Part shown: piece by piece, positions 1 through 8,813 of the stretch
Numbering within the stretch: position 1 is the stretch's first letter
How the letters are laid out: each line of letters begins with the position of its first letter
DNA from: Candidatus Gallibacteroides avistercoris
Lineage (GTDB): Bacteria; Bacteroidota; Bacteroidia; Bacteroidales; CHK158-818
Assembly: GCA_018714665.1 (NCBI GenBank)
Contig: DVNA01000040.1
Span: 1-32,963, forward strand
Direction of reading: 5' to 3'
DNA: 32,963 nt
Program-made: the position numbers and the translations under genes
The notes under the pieces: generated by a model
What the model was told of the DNA's origin: nothing
Database searches by the model: none
Seen by the model: only the letters and a program-made list of their open reading frames with translations

Positions 1-27
1 TAATAAGGATAAAATCAATTTTTTCAT
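1..27 (-). CDS. 5' end of a gene running off the left edge; signal-peptide-like N-terminus MKKLILSLL (probable secreted/periplasmic protein)
   Basis: Reverse complement of 1-27 reads ATG AAA AAA TTG ATT TTA TCC TTA TTA, preceded by an AT-rich leader and a -7-like element at 54-61. Only 9 codons are visible and it is not in the ORF track. Confidence 0.6.
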
Positions 28-53
28 AACTCTATATATTTATTTTGTTTTTA

Positions 54-88
54 CAAAGGAAAGAACCAAATTGGGAATCTTTTGGGAA
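54..88 (-). promoter_or_regulatory. Putative activator-dependent promoter: non-canonical -7 (TTCCTTTG, 54-61) plus 11-bp-period direct repeat (TTGGGAA at 71-77 and 82-88 on +)
   Basis: Same layout as the promoter at 2080-2116. Confidence 0.5.
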
Positions 89-103
89 AAATTTCTCTTC
101 TGA

Positions 104-1378
104 CTATTTTTTTTCAAAAATAATTTCAAAATGGTGATTTTCCCGTTCAAAAAAATAGTTTAACCGGATATTGTAAATATCTGCAATGGATTTGACAATG
201 GCCAGGCCCAACCCCGTAGAGTCTTTCTTATTTTTGTCTCCCTGGGAAAAACGTCCCATCACCTCATACAGGTTCAACGGTGCACTCCCCCGGTTTGAGA
301 AACGGATTTTCTTATCGAAAATCGTAACGATTACCGGGCATCCGGATTCGTTGTGAACTACGGCGTTTTTCAACAGATTACGCACCAAAACCGAAGCCAG
401 AGTCTCGCTCATGATAAACCGGCACTCTCCTTTTTCTGCCAACTCTATGGGTGTCTCTTGTTGGTATATCTCCCGAAAGTCTTCAACCATCCGCCTCAAC
501 AAAGAGTTAAAGAAAATCTCTTTTTCATCAAAATATTGCCCGTTGTTGATCCGGGAGTGCATCAACAGCGTTTTATTGAGTTGTATTATGTGATTAAGTC
601 GACTATGGATTTCGGCAATCTGATTTAATTGGGATTCGGTGAATTCTTCCTGTTCAACTAACATTTCGAGCTTGGACATGGCGATGGCCAAAGGGGTTTG
701 CAACTCGTGCGAAGCATTCTCGATAAACCGCTTTTGCATCTCGTAGTTATGTTCGTTACGCTCGGCCATTTTTTGTACCGTATCGTACAACTTCCGAAAC
801 TCTTTTACTTTGACATCTTGTTCCAACGGGTCGTTTTTCTTACCCAACGTAAACCGATCCATCCAATCCAAAAGGCGGAATAAGGGTTTGAGGTTGCGGC
901 GAAAAGTAAAATGGATAATGAGAAAAATGAAAATGATCATGGCCGTGTACAGGTAAACAACATCTGTCAATATCTGTTCGGTCAAATCGTCTTTCTCCAA
1001 TACAGAGGTAAGAATACGCAATTGATAATATTTCCCGTCGGCCGTCCGAAAAACGGTCTTCAACATCCGGGCCGGCTCTTCTTCGTCTTCTATTTCGATA
1101 TATATGGTGGTATCCTTGTATTGCTCCTTCATCCGGTGTGCTGCGGCCGACGAAATCTCATCTATAAAATGTTGTGTCATAATATTTCCGGACGAAAGAC
1201 TCTCTATCCCTTCTGAAAGGACCTTACGGATGATAATCTCCTTATAATCTTCCAACCGATCATCTGTTTCGTCATTTACTTCATCTATGACGTGAAAATA
1301 AAATATGACACCCCATATTGGAAGAACCAACAACAAAACCCACAGTACCTGACGCAACGCATATACTTCTAATCTCAT
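104..1378 (-). CDS. Membrane sensor histidine kinase (two TM segments, HAMP-like linker, HisKA, HATPase)
   Basis: H-box ENASHELQTPL, N-box NLLKNA, G2 box STGLGLAIV; starts 1 nt after the regulator stop codon. Confidence 0.93.
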   Translation of the reverse strand: MRLEVYALRQVLWVLLLVLPIWGVIFYFHVIDEVNDETDDRLEDYKEIIIRKVLSEGIESLSSGNIMTQHFIDEISSAAAHRMKEQYKDTTIYIEIEDEEEPARMLKTVFRTADGKYYQLRILTSVLEKDDLTEQILTDVVYLYTAMIIFIFLIIHFTFRRNLKPLFRLLDWMDRFTLGKKNDPLEQDVKVKEFRKLYDTVQKMAERNEHNYEMQKRFIENASHELQTPLAIAMSKLEMLVEQEEFTESQLNQIAEIHSRLNHIIQLNKTLLMHSRINNGQYFDEKEIFFNSLLRRMVEDFREIYQQETPIELAEKGECRFIMSETLASVLVRNLLKNAVVHNESGCPVIVTIFDKKIRFSNRGSAPLNLYEVMGRFSQGDKNKKDSTGLGLAIVKSIADIYNIRLNYFFERENHHFEIIFEKK

Positions 1379-1379
1379 A

Positions 1380-2060
1380 TCATTCGGCCATTAACATTTT
1401 GTATCCGAATCCGTACACGGCTTTTATTTCGGGTTGTGCCCCGGCATCTTTCAATTTCTTCCTCAGGTTCTTGACCTGAGAATATATGAAGTCAAAGTTA
1501 TCGGCCTGATCAATGTTGTCCCCCCACACGAATTCGGCCAATGCCGTCTTACCGATTAAACGTCCGGGATTGGACATAAAATAGTATAGCAGGTCGTACT
1601 CTTTCCGGTTCAAGACAATCTCCCGGTCATCAACAAATACGGTCCGTTTATCCGGATTTATCTTTAAGTTGCCTACCACCACCTGTACATCGCCGTTATT
1701 TTGCTTGCGACGTATAACCGATTTGACCCGGGCATTGAGTTCGGCCAGATGAAACGGCTTTGCCAGGTAGTCATCTGCGCCCAGATTCAACCCCAACACT
1801 TTGTCATCGATGGAGTCTTTGGCCGAAATGATTATAACACTGTCGGCCTTACGCAGCTCTTTTATCTCCCGCAACAGGTCCAATCCGCTTCCTCCCGGCA
1901 ACATGATATCCAGCAGGATACAGTCATAATCGTAATCGTTTATCTTCAACAATCCCTCTTTATAGTTGGAGGCACACTCGACCACAAAACGCTCTTTTGT
2001 CAACGACTCCCGCATGGTTTCACGCAAGCCATCCTGATCTTCTATGATTAATATTTTCAT
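1380..2060 (-). CDS. OmpR/PhoB-family response regulator
   Basis: Receiver motifs ILIIED, LDIMLPG, GADDYLAKPF; winged-helix C-terminus NLRKKL...AVYGFGY. Confidence 0.95.
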   Translation of the reverse strand: MKILIIEDQDGLRETMRESLTKERFVVECASNYKEGLLKINDYDYDCILLDIMLPGGSGLDLLREIKELRKADSVIIISAKDSIDDKVLGLNLGADDYLAKPFHLAELNARVKSVIRRKQNNGDVQVVVGNLKINPDKRTVFVDDREIVLNRKEYDLLYYFMSNPGRLIGKTALAEFVWGDNIDQADNFDFIYSQVKNLRKKLKDAGAQPEIKAVYGFGYKMLMAE

Positions 2061-2079
2061 CTTGCGACATATTGATTTA

Positions 2080-2116
2080 CAAATTTACACAAAATATTCT
2101 GGAAACATTTTGGAAA
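2080..2116 (-). promoter_or_regulatory. Promoter of the two-component operon: -7 element TAAATTTG (2080-2087) with tandem direct repeat ATTCTGGAAA/ATTTTGGAAA (+ strand 2096-2105, 2107-2116)
   Basis: Exact TAnnTTTG match 19 nt upstream of the ATG; 9/10 identical repeat with 11-bp period, typical of OmpR-family boxes. Confidence 0.6.
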
Positions 2117-2192
2117 ATAGTATCGTCTCTCTCCTTTACATTTAATTTATAATTATTCATATCCGATTAAACGATATATGAAAAAGGATTGT

Positions 2193-2200
2193 TACTTTTG
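2193..2200 (+). promoter_or_regulatory. Bacteroidetes -7 element TACTTTTG for the bactofilin gene
   Basis: Exact TAnnTTTG followed by CA, 31 nt upstream of ATG 2232; supports the shorter start. Confidence 0.6.
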
Positions 2201-2231
2201 CATTATTATACAAACGAAAAACGCAACAGCC

Positions 2232-2582
2232 ATGGCAAAGAATAATCAGGCGACCGGCCTTACCCACAACTCTTTGGAGATAGAGACAGTGATTGTTGGC
2301 AATATCACGGCTCCCAAAGACCTGCGCATAGACGGTACGGTACAGGGCGATGTAGCGTGTGCCGGGAAAGTGGTGTTGGGGAAAACCGGTTCAATTGTAG
2401 GAAATATCCAGTGTACTACGGCCGAGATTGCCGGAAAGGTTACCGGCAATATTTCTGTCCAACAATCGCTCACACTCAAAAGCAGTTCCATATTTGAAGG
2501 GGACATTCAAACGGCCTCGTTAATCATCGAACCGGGCGCCTCCCTGAATGGACAATGCAAAATGTCTCGGGAAAACGCATAA
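2232..2582 (+). CDS. Bactofilin (polymer-forming cytoskeletal protein, DUF583/CcmA family)
   Basis: Beta-helix repeats LRIDGTVQGDV, IVGNI, IAGKVTGNI, FEGDI, LIIEPGASLNGQCKM. Start moved from 2178 to 2232 because the promoter lies inside the longer ORF. Confidence 0.9.
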   Translation: MAKNNQATGLTHNSLEIETVIVGNITAPKDLRIDGTVQGDVACAGKVVLGKTGSIVGNIQCTTAEIAGKVTGNISVQQSLTLKSSSIFEGDIQTASLIIEPGASLNGQCKMSRENA

Positions 2583-2630
2583 ACCGAAACAACGATTCTC
2601 TCCTCAAAAACATTTTTATGAACCTCATTT

Positions 2631-2667
2631 GGCTGAACTCCCGACAAAAAAGGAATTCAGCTTTTTT
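2631..2667 (+). terminator. Intrinsic terminator after bactofilin
   Basis: GCTGAACTCC (2632-2641) / GGAATTCAGC (2652-2661) stem with one mismatch, followed by TTTTTT. Confidence 0.6.
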
Positions 2668-2717
2668 ATTATCTCTACCACTCTAAATATCGATACACGC
2701 TATCTAATAAAAAAACG

Positions 2718-2725
2718 TATATTTG
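2718..2725 (+). promoter_or_regulatory. -7 element TATATTTG for the MBL hydrolase gene
   Basis: Exact TAnnTTTG 52 nt upstream of ATG 2778. Confidence 0.55.
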
Positions 2726-2777
2726 TAGTATTATAGAGTCGGCTCAACATAACCCAATTTAAATACATATTAGGCCT

Positions 2778-3650
2778 ATGAAAAAAATCTGGCATTATCT
2801 GGTTGCAGGAACGATTCTATTGTCTGTAACAGCTTGTGGAAACAATCCCCGAAAAACAGAAAACAATATGACTGAAACAAATACTGCCCGCAACACCGTA
2901 ACATGGGCTGGCGACAGCGTTTCGGCCGTCTGTGAACTGGACGGTGTAAGGGTATGCTGGATTCGCGACAACGTCCAGGAGAAGCTGATGCCGATATCGC
3001 TGTTTCCCGATGCAGGCAAGAATCTAATAGACAGTCTCTCGCTCCAAGGGGGAATTCCCTCTACCATCAGTACCTTCTTGGTCGAATCGGACGGCAAACT
3101 GATATTGTTCGATACAGGGATGGGGGATAAAAACAGTCGGATGATGGAGGGTTTGCGCTCTTTGAATGTAGCTCCCGAAGATATAAAATACATCTATCTG
3201 ACCCATTTCCACGGCGACCATATCGGTGGGATGCTGAACGATAACCGGAAAGTATTCCCGAATGCAGAAATCTATGCTTCACAGGCAGAATACGACGGAT
3301 GGATGGCGATGGACGACAACAAGAAACAGCAGGCAGTAAAAACAATGGGGGCGTATCAGGAACAACTCCATCTGTTTGCTTTCGGCGACTCCCTGCCGGG
3401 TAAGGTGGTAGCTCTGGATGCCGTGGGACATACTCCGGGGCATACGGTTTTTCAGGTAGGTAAATTCCTGATTATTGGCGATCTGATGCACGGAGCCGCC
3501 TTGCAACTGTCCTATCCGGATATTTGCGCCTCTTTTGACATGGATAAAGCGGCTGCGATAAAAGCGCGCAAATACTATATTCAATATGCAAAAGAGCAAG
3601 GGTTGGTGATGGCCGGTATGCACCTCCCGGTACCGGCGTTCTTGAAATAA
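2778..3650 (+). CDS. MBL-fold metallo-hydrolase, lipoprotein (methyl-parathion hydrolase/lactonase-like subgroup)
   Basis: LFDTG, THFHGDH (HxHxDH), GHTPGH, GDLMH, AGMH motifs; lipobox SVTA-C at residue 20. Confidence 0.88.
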   Translation: MKKIWHYLVAGTILLSVTACGNNPRKTENNMTETNTARNTVTWAGDSVSAVCELDGVRVCWIRDNVQEKLMPISLFPDAGKNLIDSLSLQGGIPSTISTFLVESDGKLILFDTGMGDKNSRMMEGLRSLNVAPEDIKYIYLTHFHGDHIGGMLNDNRKVFPNAEIYASQAEYDGWMAMDDNKKQQAVKTMGAYQEQLHLFAFGDSLPGKVVALDAVGHTPGHTVFQVGKFLIIGDLMHGAALQLSYPDICASFDMDKAAAIKARKYYIQYAKEQGLVMAGMHLPVPAFLK

Positions 3651-3666
3651 TCGCAAAAAGAATATC

Positions 3667-3709
3667 AAAGAAAAGGCTGGATTCCCTGCGAAAATCCAGC
3701 CTTTTCTTT
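3667..3709. terminator. Bidirectional intrinsic terminator between the convergent MBL and mltD genes
   Basis: Perfect 17-bp inverted repeat AAAGAAAAGGCTGGATT / AATCCAGCCTTTTCTTT with A/T tails on both sides. Confidence 0.85.
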
Positions 3710-3766
3710 ATGAAATATATTTTTTGCTCGGAAGACGAAACGAGGACGCAACGATTCTACTTTTCT

Positions 3767-3800
3767 CCGCTTTTTTCAAAAAGCGGAACCAAAAACTTTT
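3767..3800 (-). repeat. REP-like palindromic element, copy 1 (flank inverted relative to copies 2 and 3)
   Basis: CCGCTTTTTTCAAAAAGCGG (3767-3786) followed by AACCAAAAACTTTT; the 20-mer is identical to 27254-27273. Confidence 0.75.
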
Positions 3801-3888
3801 GGATTAAACGCACTATTTCGTATTACCAGAAGAAAGATTATGATAAACGCGTCCCCTTGGGGTGTTACGATGGCGCGAGTCTTCTCCA

Positions 3889-5250
3889 TCAGTTATATAT
3901 AATCAATGTCTTACCAGCTCGTATCTTACTGTTTCTCAAATTATTCCACTCCTTCAAATCTTTGATGGAAACCCTGTGTTTACGGGCTATGGTGGACAGG
4001 GTATCGCCGTTCTTGATTTTATAATAGATCGCGGTTCCTATCCCGGCTTTTCCTTTGGCCAGCAGGGGGCCGGCAATGGAACGTCGTTGCAACGAGTCTG
4101 CCTTATATGCCACAATAGAGTCCTGCTCTTCGATAAAGGCATAGATGTATTGCGAGGGCAGACAGAGCGAACGCGATTTGATACTGTCGCCCGGAATAAT
4201 GTCGCGCCGATAATGGGGATTCAGGTCGCGAATCTGCTCAATAGGGACTTTTAACACTTCGGATATCTGGACCATGTGGTACGGACGGTTCAACTCTACC
4301 GTATCGATGGAGGTGGTGAAATCGGTTTGTACCGGGCAAATATTGTGTTCGTTATAATAAGTCATCACGTAATTGGCAGCAATGAACAGAGGTACATAAC
4401 TGCGGGTTTCACGCGGGAGATAGTAGTATATCTCCCAATAGTCGCGCTTGCCTCCGGCCCGACGAATGGCTTTGTTGACAGTTCCCGGCCCACAATTATA
4501 CGCGGCTATCACCAGATTCCAATCTTGGTATATGTCATACAACTCTTTTAGATAACGGGCGGCCGCCGCACTCGATTTATAGGGGTCGCGACGTTCATCG
4601 ACCAGACTGTTTACCTCCAATCCCATTAATTTGGCCGTAGGGAGCATAAACTGCCACAATCCGGCAGCTCCGGCCCGAGAGGTTGCCTTGGGATTCAAAG
4701 CCGACTCTATAATCGGCAAATATTTCAGTTCCAACGGAAGGCCATTTTTTTCCAACTCCTGCTCAAATATCGGGAAATAATATACTCCCAACCCCAGCAT
4801 ATACTCTACCAACTCACGACGGCGACCGGTATATAAATCAATAAACTGCCTAACTACACTGTTATACGGCATTTCGATATAGGCCGGCAACATCTCCAAT
4901 CGCCTGCGATAAACCGAATCGGGATAAACAATGTTATCTACCTGGCTGACACACGACGAGTCTCTGTGGGCGTATGTTTGCACAAACCAGTCTGTCAACA
5001 GGCTATCGACATCGTTTTCAAGGCTCTCCGGCAACATAATGGCATCGTCGTAAATGGAATCGGCTGCGGGTGAATGTCTCTTCCTGGGCCACTGCTGCGG
5101 CTGCTCTACCTCGCTATCCAGATGTACGGAATCCGGGATAAGACGAATAGAAACGGTATCCGCCCCCAACTGACTTACGGGATGTTGCCCGTATATCAAT
5201 CCGACCGGTACATATAATAAAAAGAATACAATAATTACAACAAATCTCAT
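3889..5250 (-). CDS. mltD: Lytic murein transglycosylase, MltD-like (SLT domain plus C-terminal LysM)
   Basis: LPIIESAL (catalytic Glu), AAGLWQFM, AAYNCGPG, ETRSYVP; LysM YKIKNGDTLSTIARKH...LKEWNNL; N-terminal signal peptide. Confidence 0.92.
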   Translation of the reverse strand: MRFVVIIVFFLLYVPVGLIYGQHPVSQLGADTVSIRLIPDSVHLDSEVEQPQQWPRKRHSPAADSIYDDAIMLPESLENDVDSLLTDWFVQTYAHRDSSCVSQVDNIVYPDSVYRRRLEMLPAYIEMPYNSVVRQFIDLYTGRRRELVEYMLGLGVYYFPIFEQELEKNGLPLELKYLPIIESALNPKATSRAGAAGLWQFMLPTAKLMGLEVNSLVDERRDPYKSSAAAARYLKELYDIYQDWNLVIAAYNCGPGTVNKAIRRAGGKRDYWEIYYYLPRETRSYVPLFIAANYVMTYYNEHNICPVQTDFTTSIDTVELNRPYHMVQISEVLKVPIEQIRDLNPHYRRDIIPGDSIKSRSLCLPSQYIYAFIEEQDSIVAYKADSLQRRSIAGPLLAKGKAGIGTAIYYKIKNGDTLSTIARKHRVSIKDLKEWNNLRNSKIRAGKTLIIYN

Positions 5251-5262
5251 AATGTGTGTGTG

Positions 5263-5928
5263 TTAAAAAGTCAGGGCACATTGCAACCCGAACATGGAGG
5301 GATGCAAACGTTCCGGCTCAATCACGGCCGGAGCCACCCGCATACTCAGATCGGGAGAGATGGTAAAGTTGTACAACTGTGCATCAACATAAGCATCGAC
5401 CATGCACAGCAGATACAAACCCACCATGGAAATGATGCACAAATCGCGGTTCCGTCGGAAATAGTCTTTTCGTTTCTTCAACGAACTTTGAAGCCACTCC
5501 ATATCCAGCGACTCTTCGGTCATGTATGCTGGCAGGAAATCCATGTAACTGTTGGTATTGGGGTCATTGTCCATGGCATCGCGATAGGCGGTGGAATAGT
5601 CCTTATAATAACGGTTATTCCACGAGAATCCATAAGTCAACCCCATATATCCACCTATTACAAGCGGCAGTTTCCAATATTTACGGTTATAGACCTGTCC
5701 CAATCCCGGGAAAAGGGCCGAATACCAAACGGCTTTCATCGGATCTGGTGCGAAAACAACAGGTTGAGACACCTCCTGCTCAACAGGTGCTGTAAGCAAC
5801 GAATCCTGATTCAGGGATACGGTATCTTGCCGGAAAACCTCCTTTTCCTGAAAATTATGGTCTTGTGCACGGACCGTAGCCGACACCAGAACAAAAACCG
5901 TCAATATCTGAATGACCTTTTTTAACAA
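5263..5928 (-). CDS. DUF5683-type membrane protein
   Basis: PMKAVWYSALFPGLGQVYNRKYWKLP and DAYVDAQL motifs; usual position between parB and mltD in Bacteroidetes; TTG start is uncertain. Confidence 0.8.
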   Translation of the reverse strand: MLKKVIQILTVFVLVSATVRAQDHNFQEKEVFRQDTVSLNQDSLLTAPVEQEVSQPVVFAPDPMKAVWYSALFPGLGQVYNRKYWKLPLVIGGYMGLTYGFSWNNRYYKDYSTAYRDAMDNDPNTNSYMDFLPAYMTEESLDMEWLQSSLKKRKDYFRRNRDLCIISMVGLYLLCMVDAYVDAQLYNFTISPDLSMRVAPAVIEPERLHPSMFGLQCALTF

Positions 5929-5954
5929 AACCGTTCTCTCTTTTTTGAGTTAAA

Positions 5955-6839
5955 TCACGCTTTCAATTTATCCAGGATGGATATTATCCGTTCCAATTCT
6001 TCCTCATTTTTAAAGGAGATGCTGATTTTTCCCTTCCCTTTTTGATTGCAATTCACCTGTACCGGCGTACGGAAATATTCGGACAGGTGTTTTTTCAACA
6101 GGTCGAATGTCGGAAGGTTCTCTTTGGTACTCTTTTTCGGACTCTTTATCGTATCCTGGGACAAACCGTCGTTCATCGATTTGACCATCTCCTCGACCTT
6201 GCGCACCGAATAGCCGTGTTCCAGAATCAACTCGTATATTTTGAGTTGCAACGACGGCGGAATACCGATCAGTGCCCGGGCATGCCCCATATCTATTTTC
6301 TTGTTCTTCAATCCCATCTGTACCTCGGCCGGAAGTTTGAGCAGGCGGAGGTAGTTGGCAATGGTGGCCCTTTTCTTTCCTACCCGGTCGCTCAACTTCT
6401 CCTGTGTCAGGTGGTACTGCTCTATCAATTTCTGAAAACCCAAGGCTATTTCAATGGCATTCAGGTCTTCCCGTTGGATATTTTCGATGAGGGCCATTTC
6501 AACAACCGTCTCGTCTTCAACGGTACGGATATAGGCAGGAACGGTTGTAAGCCCTGCCAACAACGCGGCGCGATAACGCCGTTCGCCGGCAATAATCTGA
6601 TAGCTTTCGTTTCCTACCTGACGCAAAGAGATGGGCTGTATGATACCGAGTTCGCGAATGGATGCGGCCAATTCGCCCAACGCATCTTCGTCGAACTCAC
6701 GACGGGGCTGGTCGGGGTTGGGGGAGATTTTCGACAACTCGATCTCATTGATCGACGACGATCCGCCCGTCTTTATATCGTCCATGGTAATGAGGGCTTC
6801 CAATCCCCTGCCTAACGCATTTCTTTTTACTGCTGCCAT
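5955..6839 (-). CDS. parB: Chromosome partitioning protein ParB/Spo0J
   Basis: N-terminal LGRGLEAL, NPDQPR, GERRYRA CTP-binding patch, ENIQREDL, HTH with RATIANYLRLL. Confidence 0.96.
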   Translation of the reverse strand: MAAVKRNALGRGLEALITMDDIKTGGSSSINEIELSKISPNPDQPRREFDEDALGELAASIRELGIIQPISLRQVGNESYQIIAGERRYRAALLAGLTTVPAYIRTVEDETVVEMALIENIQREDLNAIEIALGFQKLIEQYHLTQEKLSDRVGKKRATIANYLRLLKLPAEVQMGLKNKKIDMGHARALIGIPPSLQLKIYELILEHGYSVRKVEEMVKSMNDGLSQDTIKSPKKSTKENLPTFDLLKKHLSEYFRTPVQVNCNQKGKGKISISFKNEEELERIISILDKLKA

Positions 6840-6852
6840 ATTCGGAATATCT

Positions 6853-7620
6853 TTATGTCTTGTTTTTCTTTATCAACTCTTCGGCCAACTGCAAATGGTT
6901 CTGGCTTCCGCGCGAGTCGGCATCATACAGCAACACGGGCATACCGTGGCTGGGAGCCTCGCTCAACCGGATGTTGCGCTGAATGACGGTAGTAAACACC
7001 AAATCGTTGAAATATTTTTTCAATTCCTCGTATATCTGATTGGCCAAACGCAACCGCGAATCGTACATGGTGAGCAGAAAACCTTCTATTTCAAGAGAAG
7101 GATTCAATTTTGAGCGAACTATCTTAATGGTATTCAATAGTTTGCTGATACCCTCCAAAGCAAAATACTCGGCCTGGACAGGTATGATAATCGAATCGGC
7201 CGCGGTAAGCGAATTGACCGTTATCAACCCCAACGAAGGGGAACAGTCTATGAGGATATAATCGTATTCGTTGCGAACCTCTTTTAAAAGCGATGCCATG
7301 ACGTGCTCCCGCTCTTCGATATTCAGCAATTCAAGCTCGGCTCCAACCAAATCAATCCGCGAACAGACAAGGTCGAGCCCTTTTACGCAGGTTTCTACCA
7401 TGGCCTCTCGGATGGAGGTACGGGAAATCATACATTCGTATATGGAGGTGGTTACCAAACGCAAGTCCAACCCCAACCCGGAAGTGGCATTGGCTTGCGG
7501 ATCGGCATCGACAAGCAACACTTTTTTACCCAATGAAACCAACGATGCCGCCAAATTGATGGCCGTAGTAGTTTTTCCCACTCCGCCTTTTTGATTTGCT
7601 ATGGCAATTATTTTACTCAT
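6853..7620 (-). CDS. parA: Chromosome partitioning ATPase ParA/Soj
   Basis: Deviant Walker [34 protein letters not shown]. Confidence 0.96.
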   Translation of the reverse strand: MSKIIAIANQKGGVGKTTTAINLAASLVSLGKKVLLVDADPQANATSGLGLDLRLVTTSIYECMISRTSIREAMVETCVKGLDLVCSRIDLVGAELELLNIEEREHVMASLLKEVRNEYDYILIDCSPSLGLITVNSLTAADSIIIPVQAEYFALEGISKLLNTIKIVRSKLNPSLEIEGFLLTMYDSRLRLANQIYEELKKYFNDLVFTTVIQRNIRLSEAPSHGMPVLLYDADSRGSQNHLQLAEELIKKNKT

Positions 7621-7642
7621 AAACTCATTTTATTTCAAGCAA

Positions 7643-7650
7643 CAAAAGTA
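7643..7650 (-). promoter_or_regulatory. -7 element TACTTTTG for the parAB operon
   Basis: Exact TAnnTTTG on - strand 22 nt upstream of parA ATG; a second match TATCTTTG lies at 7773-7780. Confidence 0.55.
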
Positions 7651-7878
7651 AAGACAAAACGCCCAAATCTGAACATCCGGCCGTTATTATTTGCTTTTTC
7701 TGTTAATAACTTGCCCCGATTGTTGATAACAATTCGATACAAGGGTATGCGACAACTCTTTTGCCCGGCTGACAAAGATACGATTTTTTGCCTATTTTAG
7801 TTTTCTCTTTCAACTTATTTAGCAATCAACCGGATAGGGAATATCGGGTATATGCTCTTTTCTATTCTGCTTTTTTGC

Positions 7879-7886
7879 TATTTTTG
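7879..7886 (+). promoter_or_regulatory. -7 element TATTTTTG for surE
   Basis: Exact TAnnTTTG 27 nt upstream of ATG 7914. Confidence 0.5.
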
Positions 7887-7913
7887 TATGAAATCTGAAA
7901 CAAAAACAATCGT

Positions 7914-8699
7914 ATGACAAATAGTAAAAAAGACGAACCTCTTATTTTAATAACCAACGACGACGGATTCGAGGCCAAGGGAATCCAAATATTAACGCAA
8001 ATTGCACTCCAATTCGGTAACGTGGTGGTGGTTGCTCCCGATGGTCCCCGTTCGGGCCAATCGTGTGCCATTACTCCTCGTGATCCGTTGTATATTACCG
8101 AGCATAAAACATCTTCTGACAAATTACGTTTATTCAGTATAAACGGGACGCCCACCGACTGCGTAAAGCTCTCCATACACGAAATCCTGACAGAAAAACC
8201 CGACTTGCTGCTTTCGGGCATCAACCACGGTTCCAACTCGGCAATCAGTGTCATCTATTCGGGTACGATGGGGGCTGTGTTTGAAGGTTGTGTACAACAC
8301 ATTCCCTCCATCGGTTTTTCGCTTTGCTCGCATTTACCCGATGCCGATTTTTCTGTATCTATACCTGTTATCGAAAAAATAACACGTCTGGCGTTACAAA
8401 AATCCCTGCCGAAGGGTGTATGCCTGAATGTCAACATCCCGGCAACGGAGAAGCTGAACGGCATCCGGATTTGCGAACAGGCCAAAGGGTATTGGACAGA
8501 AGAGTTCGTTCGGAAAAGGGATGAATCGGGACGGACGTTTTTCCAACTGGCCGGATATTTTGAAAACGAAGAACCGAACAACACGGCTACCGACGAATGG
8601 GCTTTGGCAAACGGTTATGCATCGGTGGTACCTTGCAAAATAGACAAGACCGCCCGTCTGTTGTTACCTCAATTCGAGCAATGGCTGGGAAACGACTAA
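7914..8699 (+). CDS. surE: 5'/3'-nucleotidase SurE
   Basis: ILITNDDG, VVAP, GTPTDCV, SGINHGSN, YSGTMGA motifs. Confidence 0.96.
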   Translation: MTNSKKDEPLILITNDDGFEAKGIQILTQIALQFGNVVVVAPDGPRSGQSCAITPRDPLYITEHKTSSDKLRLFSINGTPTDCVKLSIHEILTEKPDLLLSGINHGSNSAISVIYSGTMGAVFEGCVQHIPSIGFSLCSHLPDADFSVSIPVIEKITRLALQKSLPKGVCLNVNIPATEKLNGIRICEQAKGYWTEEFVRKRDESGRTFFQLAGYFENEEPNNTATDEWALANGYASVVPCKIDKTARLLLPQFEQWLGND

Positions 8700-8746
8700 C
8701 TCCGGACATCGACAAAGGGGAACTTATAAACCGCTCTCTCTGGCGT

Positions 8747-8790
8747 ATAAAAAACAGGGGCTTCGGTTCTAAGACAACCGAAGCTCCTGT
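8747..8790 (-). terminator. Intrinsic terminator of the pdxJ-exbB-exbD-tonB operon (may also serve surE)
   Basis: ACAGGGGCTTCGGTT (8754-8768) / AACCGAAGCTCCTGT (8776-8790), one mismatch; A-tract on the left gives a U-tail on the - strand. Confidence 0.75.
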
Positions 8791-8813
8791 CGATTAAAAA
8801 TCACCGAATACGA

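Noticed and set aside
3710-4024. 104-aa + strand ORF across the MBL-mltD spacer
   Set aside because: It starts at the end of a terminator, runs through the repeat element into antisense of mltD, and has no promoter or motif support.
5253-5262. (TG)5 microsatellite just upstream of the mltD start
   Set aside because: Too short to argue for phase variation without strain data.
5955-7913. parS site or oriC near parAB
   Set aside because: I found no TGTTTCACGTGAAACA-like palindrome by eye, only partial GTTTCACG matches inside genes. Two DnaA-like boxes without a box cluster are insufficient to call an origin.
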